Source: Bacteroidales bacterium (GTDB lineage Bacteria > Bacteroidota > Bacteroidia > Bacteroidales > P3). From it: a stretch of DNA of 64,000 nt. Positions 10,001-17,231 of the stretch are shown one piece after another. Within the stretch, counting starts at the first letter, position 1. Each line of letters starts with the position of its first letter. The position numbers and the translations under genes are program-made. The notes under the pieces are model-generated. The model saw only the letters and a program-made list of their open reading frames with translations. It ran no database searches and had not been told where the DNA came from. Where the stretch lies: the NCBI GenBank assembly GCA_017449525.1, contig JAFTFL010000008.1, positions 1,864-65,863 on the forward strand. Reading direction: 5' to 3'.

Positions 10001-10189
10001 CCCTTGCAGTGTGGTTTGCACCTTGACGAGTGCACACACCTCTCCGTTCTGGTCCAGCTCTTGGGTAACGGAGGTGTTGGCGGTCTGGTCGCGCTCGTCA
10101 AGGTAGAAGGCTTTGACGGAGAGTTGGCTCTGCGCAAAGGCTGCGGTGGAGAAGACCAGGGCGAGTAGTAGGGGCAATATTCTCTTCAT
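7025..10189 (-). CDS. Large secreted PEGA-repeat protein with a BACON-like domain and a Gly-rich hydrophobic C-terminal domain
   Basis: Signal peptide MKRILPLLLALVFSTAAFAQ. At least 5 PEGA units (for example TSTPPMAQVKLDGTAVGETP...GTHRLELSRNGYGT). BACON-like segment FRVNASDSFTARSDANWLAVKR...ARTATVTV. The last ~320 aa are internally duplicated. Confidence 0.85.
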   Translation of the reverse strand: MKRILPLLLALVFSTAAFAQSQLSVKAFYLDERDQTANTSVTQELDQNGEVCALVKVQTTLQGLTFDAGTIGVWKTEQKTGEVWVYLPHRARRITIQHQQAGTLRNYEFPIKLESARTYIMELTSATIHVFVEEEDQGQFVVFKVSPTDAVVTFDNKPLIGTNGEFTSKLMAPGTYDYRVERAMYHSNAGKITVSHDKVIRDIRLKPNFGNIEIKGSSSSGATIVLDNAQQGTAPKVLSGILSGRHNLKLIKELYAPFDTTITVHDEQTTVVAPTLRADFARLILKAAEGDAIFINGSRRGTGSVTDNFASGALNVEVQRTAHRPAKKTLTVSPAMNGRTIDLPSPTPIYGKVVITSTPPMAQVKLDGTAVGETPLQLSRVLIGTHRLELSRNGYGTFSRTVTVEEGKTSEVAAELKNTVTVTFNCNAPSANIYVDGQVITGSTAQLSLGQHNVRATASGYEDYSGTFTVAEGSSQTYNITMKVEESRYASQGYMRVNRVEFRNTAEDGKVLTGAGSPLKANEMRYIKPTIYYDGLCNTSKEVIVYVKIYNPDGTLKVGSSSPAGYSYSNTIYVQPGPNHNVVVSGWGNATQSNYTAGSYRIELWVEGKKIYSTSVYIYPTNWLFVYNVANQIVNSTMTLTSAEGTATFRVNASDSFTARSDANWLAVKRTTDGFSITYTGNQGKLARTATVTVTTNTFTKTIKFTQPTASGNTNTSNRRTNNFKNKQHLFLNATAGYPTFDPHAWQFGGQFAWVPRRLGLTTMALTDGSSFFGALGPVLRLGRKNANVDFQLYGGPALGITSPTDITVNGVVMHTTSTTDTGSHWGADLGIRLCWKEDVLDHLALFDINAGMSIFKGGVMPHVGIGLGIPTAPLWLPIAGLSSDWATKSLRTHFASWFVNTSIAYDDNKEMPMLGLNVAYVPAHIGFQASAHFGDGMRNGTANLVLRLTGESNKLDFQLYGGFGHAYDGSNHFAGNFGLRFSGAKNREFAWWDLTLGSMVYGGHLVPTVGIGLGWALTGSLIGVTIWGIAAMADEMDSESSTTSNSYNYYYSY

Positions 10190-10207
10190 GGGTAATCGGT
10201 TTTGGGC

Positions 10208-11719
10208 TCAACGCACCAAGATGGCGGTGGCCTTGCTGTTGTCCATTTTAGGCATAGTCATGCCGACACGTGCACCGATGTATGTGGGGTCGGCTATCGT
10301 GTAGCGTGCGCCGTCCACCACAATGTAGTCGCCACCCACACTGACCGATGACGGGAAGCGCACTGCAGCATAGAGGTGCCCAGGATGGTAAATAAGTGCC
10401 ACGTCGAGCTGCACCAGGTCGCGCACCAGCCTTGAGAAAAGGATGGCGCGGTCTTCGCAATCGCTGTAGGGGTAGTGCAGCGTCTCCTCCGCAAAGAACG
10501 GGCGGTCGCCTCCCCATATTGAGTCGTCGTAGCCATAGACAAAGGCTGTCTGCACAAAGTTGAGCAGCACCTCCACCTTCTCCAGTGTGCCTTTGCCGTC
10601 AATGGCTTTCTGCAGGGTGGGGTAGAGCGAGCGGCGCACGGGCTCACTCAGCGGAGTGAGTGCATAGTAGCGCCACACCGTTTTGTAGTCCACCGCTGCG
10701 TAGCTGCGCGGATAGCGATTGAAGAAGTCTATCAGATTCTGGTTGGTTTCGATGGTGGCCTGTACTTCTGGGTAGCGTTTGGACTGCAGGGTGCGGCGTG
10801 TGCCAGTGTGCGATCCGAACAGATTGTGCTGCGCATTGACCATGCGGGCGGCCTGCTCGCCTGGCAGGGTGGCAGACGAGATGTAGAGACGGTTCACGGA
10901 GGCTTCGTTGTCAATCAAGTAGTACTCTCGGTTATCAATAGTCCAGTAGGAGTACTTGAATAGGCGACTGTCGGTAGCGAGCAAGGTGTAGAGCCGTCCG
11001 TCGGTACGTCCCATGCGCACACGGAAACCGCTTTGAGCCAGCAGGAACATGTGCATGGCGGTGCGCTCATTAACGAGTGAGGCGGCGGGGTAGCACGCCG
11101 CGGCCACCTCACGCAGCAGTTGTACGTAGGCCCAGTCGCACAGGTCGTGGTCGGTGCGAGTACGCAGGCAGTCGCTCAGCAGATTGTTGGTACGTCCATC
11201 GCAGAGCGTCTGCCACAGGCGCGACACTTCTTGCTCGCTCACGCCGCCGAGGTGCGGCAGCTGTGAGGCATCGCAGCGCAACGAGGCCTCAATGCCGAAA
11301 TAGTGCACCTTGACGTAGCGCACCACAGGCTGGGGCACCTCGCGTATAGGTGCTGGGGGCGCGGGTGCAGGCTCGGGTTTCGGGGTGGGCTGCACCTTGA
11401 CTGGTATGCGATTGCCGTCGGGAAGCGGCTGCGGACGGGGTGTGGGCTCGGGGGCCACAATAGGCACGACTGGGTCTTCCTTGATGGGCTTGGGCTCTGG
11501 CAGGGGCTTGTGCCCAGGCATGTCCTTCCAAGCCTCCTTGAGGAAGTCGGCATATTCCTTATTGATTTCGCCGAGGAAGTTGTTGTACTCCTCCTGTATT
11601 TCGCGACGGAAGTCGGCAAACGACTTGCGGAAGTCGTCCTGCTTGTCGTTCTGGGCGTTGCCCCATGCAGGGAGCAACAGCATCAAGGCGACAGCGGCGG
11701 GGCGTAGTGTGTGGTTCAT
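10208..11719 (-). CDS. Secreted protein with a Pro-rich linker and a C-terminal transglutaminase-like cysteine protease fold
   Basis: Start set at MNHTLRPAAVALMLLLPAWGNAQ. Candidate Cys-His-Asp triad in YPYSDCEDRAILFSRLV ... YHPGHLYAAV ... YTIADPTY. Confidence 0.8.
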   Translation of the reverse strand: MNHTLRPAAVALMLLLPAWGNAQNDKQDDFRKSFADFRREIQEEYNNFLGEINKEYADFLKEAWKDMPGHKPLPEPKPIKEDPVVPIVAPEPTPRPQPLPDGNRIPVKVQPTPKPEPAPAPPAPIREVPQPVVRYVKVHYFGIEASLRCDASQLPHLGGVSEQEVSRLWQTLCDGRTNNLLSDCLRTRTDHDLCDWAYVQLLREVAAACYPAASLVNERTAMHMFLLAQSGFRVRMGRTDGRLYTLLATDSRLFKYSYWTIDNREYYLIDNEASVNRLYISSATLPGEQAARMVNAQHNLFGSHTGTRRTLQSKRYPEVQATIETNQNLIDFFNRYPRSYAAVDYKTVWRYYALTPLSEPVRRSLYPTLQKAIDGKGTLEKVEVLLNFVQTAFVYGYDDSIWGGDRPFFAEETLHYPYSDCEDRAILFSRLVRDLVQLDVALIYHPGHLYAAVRFPSSVSVGGDYIVVDGARYTIADPTYIGARVGMTMPKMDNSKATAILVR

Positions 11720-11774
11720 GAGGGTGTGTGGTTGTTGTTCGCAGTGTGGACGGTGGCAGTGGGGCATGGTGGTA

Positions 11775-13568
11775 TCAGAAGTCTTCCATGCCGTATACGC
11801 GGTTCAACTCTGGGTCGGGCTTATCCTGCCAGGTGCGCACCTTGATAACTGGGCTGTCGGGGTCGTTGAGGTCCACCTGCAGGTATAGGTAGCCTGAGTC
11901 TCCGTAGTGCGTAGAGTAGTAGTCCTGCTTGATTTGTATACCGTAGGTCTCGCCCGTGTGCTGGCCGCCCTTCTTCACGTCGTTGCTGCCGAAGCGTATG
12001 TTCACATATTCATTCTTCGTGAAAGTGTGCTTCAGTCGGGTGATATACTGGTCTTTGGTGAGCTGAGTACGTTCTACATAGCGGTTGGCTCCGTAGCGGT
12101 TGTCGTTGACATTCGCACGGATTATGATGCGCCCCATAATGATGACGGCATGCTGGTCGAAGATGGATTCGATGTAGTCCGCACGCTTGAGGGCGAAGGC
12201 CGTCTTGTAGTTTTCGAGAAAACTGATGAGCACGGCGCGTGCTTCGGGTGGCCATGACCCCTTGTTCAGTATGTCGGCGGTGGCTGCCTCGTCGAGGCCG
12301 AAGGTAACGTTCTCCACTTTGCCCTCCTTATTGAAGGTGAACACCACGTTCTCCACAAAACTCTTGCGAGCTGCCTGCTTATAGGAGAAAGACATGGGGA
12401 CACTGCGTGCCACGAGTCGATCGCCATAGGTGGTAACGGTGATTTTGTTAAAGTCAAGCACGCGTACGCTACCGTTGTGCATGAGGGTGTCGAAGATGCC
12501 GCGTCCCTCGCGCGTAAAGTAGTGGTGTGCATCGGCAGGGCGGTGAGCGCGTATGGCCTTCACTATTTCGCCTACGGTGTTGGTTACGTGGTCGACAGCC
12601 TTTCCTGATGGGGCATCGAGCCGTACATCGGTGGTGGCACGACGTGGGGTGGCAGGAGTTTCCGGCGTGGTGCGCTGAGTCAGATGCACTTCGGTATAGG
12701 CCGAGGTGAGGGCGCGGCTTTGAACGGTCTCCAGCACCTCTTTCACCTCGCTGTCGAGCACTTTGGCTTGTCCCCTGTATACATATTCATATTTCAGCTT
12801 GACCACCTTGGGGGTGTAGCCCGAGGGCAGTTCGAGCACACCTCGTCCGTCGCGAGCGCTGTAGATGTTGGTCCAATCGCGTCCGTCGAAATAGGTGTAG
12901 TCCAAACTGCGAACGGGTTGTCCGCGGAAGGTGAAGTGCAGGTCAACATCCGAACCGCTGACAAGCCCCGTGTTCACTTTGATGTCGGCAAACACAGCGT
13001 TCATTCGGGCCGGTATGTAGGTAGACAACTGGTGCCCATCGCCATCTTTCACCTCGTTGGGGTACTGCATGGTTTTGAGCAGTGTATAAGCCCAGTAGTA
13101 GTCCTTCAGTGCTTCGTCCACCTTGCCTTCGCCCTCGGCCTTGACGGCCAGCCTGAGGTACTCAAGTATCTTCAGCCGTCGTCCTTCGTATATGCGCCCG
13201 ATCTCGCTGCGCTTGATATAACGACCCACGATGGCATCTGGTTCATTCTTGATGATGATGCGCTCGGTGTTGGTGAGCGTAGCCTCTGAGAAAGTCTTGA
13301 CTTTGGAGCGGTAGTAGCTCTGGTAATCAAAAGAGCCGTTGCTGTTGCGCTCATCGTCAATGATGGTGGTGGAGTCGGCCACGCGCATTGATATCTGACT
13401 GATGAGGTCGGCCAACGCCCGTTTATCGGCCTCTTCGTTGGTGGCTCCGGTGCCTTTACCACTGATGTAGACGCTACGGTTGGACACGATGTCGTCCCAA
13501 CTCTGCGCGCAGAGTGGGACGACCGAGGTCAGCAGCATGATGATGAGGGTGATGCTGGTGCGATTCAT
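11775..13568 (-). CDS. Secreted protein with an LPP20-like N-terminal domain (tentative), otherwise unknown
   Basis: Start set at MNRTSITLIIMLLTSVVPLCAQ. The N-terminus YISGKGTGATNEEADKRALADLISQISMRV resembles the LPP20 lipoprotein family pattern. Confidence 0.8.
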   Translation of the reverse strand: MNRTSITLIIMLLTSVVPLCAQSWDDIVSNRSVYISGKGTGATNEEADKRALADLISQISMRVADSTTIIDDERNSNGSFDYQSYYRSKVKTFSEATLTNTERIIIKNEPDAIVGRYIKRSEIGRIYEGRRLKILEYLRLAVKAEGEGKVDEALKDYYWAYTLLKTMQYPNEVKDGDGHQLSTYIPARMNAVFADIKVNTGLVSGSDVDLHFTFRGQPVRSLDYTYFDGRDWTNIYSARDGRGVLELPSGYTPKVVKLKYEYVYRGQAKVLDSEVKEVLETVQSRALTSAYTEVHLTQRTTPETPATPRRATTDVRLDAPSGKAVDHVTNTVGEIVKAIRAHRPADAHHYFTREGRGIFDTLMHNGSVRVLDFNKITVTTYGDRLVARSVPMSFSYKQAARKSFVENVVFTFNKEGKVENVTFGLDEAATADILNKGSWPPEARAVLISFLENYKTAFALKRADYIESIFDQHAVIIMGRIIIRANVNDNRYGANRYVERTQLTKDQYITRLKHTFTKNEYVNIRFGSNDVKKGGQHTGETYGIQIKQDYYSTHYGDSGYLYLQVDLNDPDSPVIKVRTWQDKPDPELNRVYGMEDF

Positions 13569-13575
13569 CGGCTCA

Positions 13576-14214
13576 TCAATCGTCGAATGCTTCCTGCACA
13601 AACTTGCTCACGCGGTCGGCGTATTTTTGTGCGGCAGCCGACTCTTTGGCAGCCTGCTCGAAGGCACGCATACGAGCCTTGCTTGCTGCCACTTCGTCCA
13701 CGGTGAAGTAGCCTTCGTATTGGTACGTATTAGAGCCCTTTTCCTTCTGGCGTTTCACCATGAAGGACATCTGCAACTCGCCTTTAATCTCTTTCTCTAC
13801 TTTGCTTTCGTAGGCCGAGTAGAAGTTGTCGAACTCGTTCTTTGCTTCATCGGAGAGGTTGCTGTTCATGTCCTCAATCATGCGGCCGCGGATGTGCTGG
13901 CCACAGGAGAGGGCATACTGCTGGGCGGCACTGGCGATGACGCGCTGACGTCCCACGTTGTCGATGGAGCTTTCTGCTACGCCCGTTACCTGCGACACAC
14001 CGTCTTTTTCCAACCTCTCGTAGTGCTTGAGCAGTTCCACCTCAATGGTGCGAGCTGAGCCTGCCAGTTTCCAACCGTCTTTGTTGAAGGCTTTGATGCG
14101 CTTGGTGTACTCTTTTTTCATCTCTTTCTTCATCTGACGGCTCTGCGCGTTTGCTGTAGGGGCAACCATCAGGCTCATGGCCATGACGAGCATGGGTAGA
14201 AGCAGTTTTTTCAT
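13576..14214 (-). CDS. Small secreted Lys/Glu-rich protein, possibly LPP20-like, first gene of the operon
   Basis: Start set at MKKLLLPMLVMAMSLMVAPTANAQ. Its stop lies 7 nt before the next gene's start. Confidence 0.75.
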   Translation of the reverse strand: MKKLLLPMLVMAMSLMVAPTANAQSRQMKKEMKKEYTKRIKAFNKDGWKLAGSARTIEVELLKHYERLEKDGVSQVTGVAESSIDNVGRQRVIASAAQQYALSCGQHIRGRMIEDMNSNLSDEAKNEFDNFYSAYESKVEKEIKGELQMSFMVKRQKEKGSNTYQYEGYFTVDEVAASKARMRAFEQAAKESAAAQKYADRVSKFVQEAFDD

Positions 14215-14517
14215 ACTTGTGTTGGTTTTAAATAAAATATGTGTTGAAATGAATTGTCGTAGTCGTAAGCTTTCGAGGCGGTAACGGCTGGGAAATGGTT
14301 GCCGCGTCGAGGCATACGGAGGGTTTCGTCGCCCGAGGCCCAAGGGCATAGCCCCACCGTGTGGTCGGGTGCGGCCACAGGCAGAAGCGGGCGGGACGAA
14401 GCAGGATAGTTTAGGTGTACAGCAGTGAATAGCCCACCGTCAGTTCTTTTCGGGGGGGGTGATAATCAACCAATTACAAGTGTGTTTCACTACTAATCCT
14501 ATCAAATTTACGAGGTG

Positions 14518-14525
14518 CAAAGATA
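14518..14525 (-). promoter_or_regulatory. -7 promoter box (TATCTTTG on the minus strand) for the 14214-5682 operon
   Basis: The plus strand reads GGTGCAAAGATAC. This is the only TAnnTTTG match between the OMP gene and the operon, and it implies a ~295-nt leader. Confidence 0.5.
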
Positions 14526-14674
14526 CTATTTTCCCACTACATAGGAGCGCTTGACGCAGGAAAATTGTGGCGCTCCATCCACAGGTGAGCATTGCGGAGG
14601 AGCGCAGGGAAAGAAAGATGGCGCAACCGAGGCATTGGTTGCGCCGTGGAGTGGAGGTCAGAGTCTACCACTGT

Positions 14675-15301
14675 TTAGAATTCTACTCCATACTGAATGG
14701 AAAGTTGTGTGCCCACCATGGAGCGGTTGGAGTTCAGCGTTCCCATGTAGCCTGCAGGGACGGGTTTCTCCTTGTCCTGCAGACCTTGGTAGTGAAACAT
14801 CTGGTAGTTGACCCCGATGTATTGGGCGTCAGAGATGAAGTACCTCAAGCCAATAGAGGCGGTGGACAGCATGCCCCAACGGTTCAGTTCGAACGATTCA
14901 TTGGATAGGGAGTACTCGTTGTGTACATGAGCAGCCGCTGCGCCGATGCCTATGGTGGGCTTCCACCGCTGGGCGGTTGGAATGAGGAGGAGGAACTCCG
15001 CCCCAACGTTGGTCATGCGTGCTGACTCGTCGTTGAATTCAACGAGATTGGTCTGTCCGAATGTCAGTCGCAGGTCAAGACAGCTGAGCATCAAGCCAAC
15101 GTGAGCGTTTAGGCCAAAGCCAAAGGCTGCGTTATCGTTGTCGTGGACCAGCCAAGGCGAGGGAGGTCCCATGAATTTTGTTCCGCCGAGTTGTATTCCC
15201 GCATCGGTCTTTATACGATTGTTGTTTTCCTGCGCCGAAGCTACCATTGTTGCGGATAGCAAAGCCAGTACGACAACAAGTTTTTGAAAGATGTGTTTCA
15301 T
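14675..15301 (-). CDS. Small outer-membrane beta-barrel protein (OmpW/OprF-N-like porin family)
   Basis: Signal peptide, alternating hydrophobic beta-strand pattern, Gly/aromatic girdle residues and a C-terminal ...QYGVEF ending in Phe. Confidence 0.8.
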   Translation of the reverse strand: MKHIFQKLVVVLALLSATMVASAQENNNRIKTDAGIQLGGTKFMGPPSPWLVHDNDNAAFGFGLNAHVGLMLSCLDLRLTFGQTNLVEFNDESARMTNVGAEFLLLIPTAQRWKPTIGIGAAAAHVHNEYSLSNESFELNRWGMLSTASIGLRYFISDAQYIGVNYQMFHYQGLQDKEKPVPAGYMGTLNSNRSMVGTQLSIQYGVEF

Positions 15302-15936
15302 ATGTTGTTTGTGTTAAATATGTAAGTGTATGTTCTAATGCATAGAGTATTTGTGTCTACACTTAGATTATCTAAGTATAAGACGAATTATGTCTCCTAC
15401 GATGTGTTCATTTTCTGCTCTCCTTTCTATCCACCTTACATGGATGTTACTTGTTATACAATAGATAAACTAACCAAGTAGAGAGGCCTTGACGCGCATT
15501 TTACAACTTCAACAGTAGAGAGGCCAGTTCTACAATCGTACCCCTACAGTGTCGTTGGTTTTCGAATAATCACCCATCGCATTAACTCGATGGACAATCT
15601 TTTTGTGGTTTAAACCGAGTGAAAATGTACGGAATAATATATAACTATCCAAATATTTTTCACAGATTTGGTGAAGGTGTAAGTGATATTCATAGTATCA
15701 ATGAAATAATGAGAATACAAGAGGATGGCATAGCCTATACTTACATAGGTAGCTCGGTTTGCGAACATATACAAAATAAGGAAAAGCAGTATTAAGCCAG
15801 TTATGTGGAGCCCAAATTCTCTCTAATTTGCCCGTTAAGTCTGCCCATATTCTTCAGTATATTGGCGATTTTAATGGAAAGATTATTTAGAAAGAGAGGG
15901 AAAGTGGTCCAATGGATGTACGCCGTGGGGTGCGAT

Positions 15937-16197
15937 GCTGTACGGGAGCGCGCTCGATGCTGTAGGGGATCTGCCCCTGTGCTGTACGGCATGGAAACGA
16001 TTCATGCGGTTGTGCCACACTGAAGTAGGTGGATGCTATGTACTGTGCCGTACGGCTAAGCGTCGGCTACTGTACGGCAGGGGGACTGTGTTCGGAAGAA
16101 AAGGGGGGAAGAGGGTGAGGTGCGGATAGGGCAGTGTAGTGGGGTGGATGCACCGCAGCGGTGGCGTGCTTTGCCGTTTTTCCACAGTGCAAAGGTA
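15937..16197 (-). repeat. Promoter-linked GTACGGC palindrome array, copy B (TACCTTTG box at 16190-16197 plus 4 palindromes)
   Basis: GTAC cores lie 115, 137, 203 and 247 nt downstream of the box. No convincing ORF is present. Confidence 0.6.
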
Positions 16198-16247
16198 CGA
16201 AAAAACTGCTGTTCGAACAGTGGTTGCGGCTCGGTGGGGTGCAAAAT

Positions 16248-16280
16248 AGTGAACGCTTGACTATTGGCCAAGCGTTCACT
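16248..16280 (-). terminator. Hairpin terminator (second of two) after the lipoprotein gene
   Basis: 12-bp stem AGTGAACGCTTG / CAAGCGTTCACT followed by ATTTTG on the minus strand. Confidence 0.6.
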
Positions 16281-16293
16281 ATACATGGTGTGT

Positions 16294-16311
16294 GCGGCAC
16301 GGGGGTGCCGC
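16294..16311 (-). terminator. GC-rich hairpin directly after the stop at 16319
   Basis: GCGGCAC-GGGG-GTGCCGC. Confidence 0.45.
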
Positions 16312-16318
16312 TTAGGGT

Positions 16319-17203
16319 TTAGAAGTTGACTTGAATTTCGGTGCCGTAGGTGGTGTTGAAGCGGAACGTGCCTGCGCCCTCGGCCGTGAAGGGGTTGCCC
16401 GTGAGGACGGTGGTGTGGTTGCGCATCAGCGGTACAGGGGTGAGCCGCTTTGTGAAGGCCGTGGTGGCACCTTGCTTGGCGCGGATGACTACTTCGGTGG
16501 TGAGCGAGTCGGTGGTAAGCAAAGTGTACATGGTCTTGGTGCCTGCGCTGGTGTTGGCCGAGCAGAAGCGGATGGGCTCGGAGGCGGTGGCTAACCCTGT
16601 GGTGGGGTTGAGCCGTCGGCCACCGTTGGCAATGGTGATTTCGATGGAGTCGACATCGGCAGGGGCGGCCGGGTGCACGAGTTGCAGGCGTGCCACGGCA
16701 CGTTGCAGTTCGGCGTTGAGCACGATGGTGTCGCTGCCGCGCACCGCCACATCGCCTACGAAGCAAAAGCAGTCGCGGATGACGTCCTCGGGAAAGAGGG
16801 CTGCGGTGGGCGACAGAACCACGGCGGGCTGTGAGGATTTGTAGCCCAGCACCACCAACTTGTAGTTTCCAGCCTCGAGGGTGGCTCCGTAGTCGCCAAA
16901 GGCGGAGGTGTAGGAGGCTGGTGTGTCCTTCTCTTGATGGCAGGAGTCGACGATGGTGGTGCCTGTGTTGTCGAACAGGTAGACCGAGATGCGCGATATG
17001 CCAGCGCTGTCGGCCGAGGTGCTTTTGCGTGTGCTCATGGGGGTAAGGTCGATGTCCATGCCACCCGTGCGCACCAGCAGGTAGCCCTGGCCAGAGCGAG
17101 TGTCGATGTAGTTGGACTCTTTGTCGCAGGAACTGATGCTCAAGGCAAAGACCAAAATGACGGATAGGAGTGTGGCGCGGATAAGGTGGGGGTGATGCCT
17201 CAT
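16319..17203 (-). CDS. Lipoprotein, possibly with a FimB/Mfa2-like fimbrillin fold (tentative)
   Basis: Start set at MRHHPHLIRATLLSVILVFALSISSC (lipobox). Size, beta-rich composition and the LQRAVARL motif resemble Mfa2-family anchor subunits. The functional call is weak. Confidence 0.7.
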   Translation of the reverse strand: MRHHPHLIRATLLSVILVFALSISSCDKESNYIDTRSGQGYLLVRTGGMDIDLTPMSTRKSTSADSAGISRISVYLFDNTGTTIVDSCHQEKDTPASYTSAFGDYGATLEAGNYKLVVLGYKSSQPAVVLSPTAALFPEDVIRDCFCFVGDVAVRGSDTIVLNAELQRAVARLQLVHPAAPADVDSIEITIANGGRRLNPTTGLATASEPIRFCSANTSAGTKTMYTLLTTDSLTTEVVIRAKQGATTAFTKRLTPVPLMRNHTTVLTGNPFTAEGAGTFRFNTTYGTEIQVNF

Positions 17204-17231
17204 GAGGTGTTGAGTGTTGATGGGGTAGGAG

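Noticed and set aside
16056-16766. 236-aa minus-strand ORF and other long ORFs across 16.0-17.0 kb
   Set aside because: They are out-of-frame shadows of the lipoprotein gene or run through non-coding palindrome DNA. Their composition is extremely Arg/His/Pro-rich.
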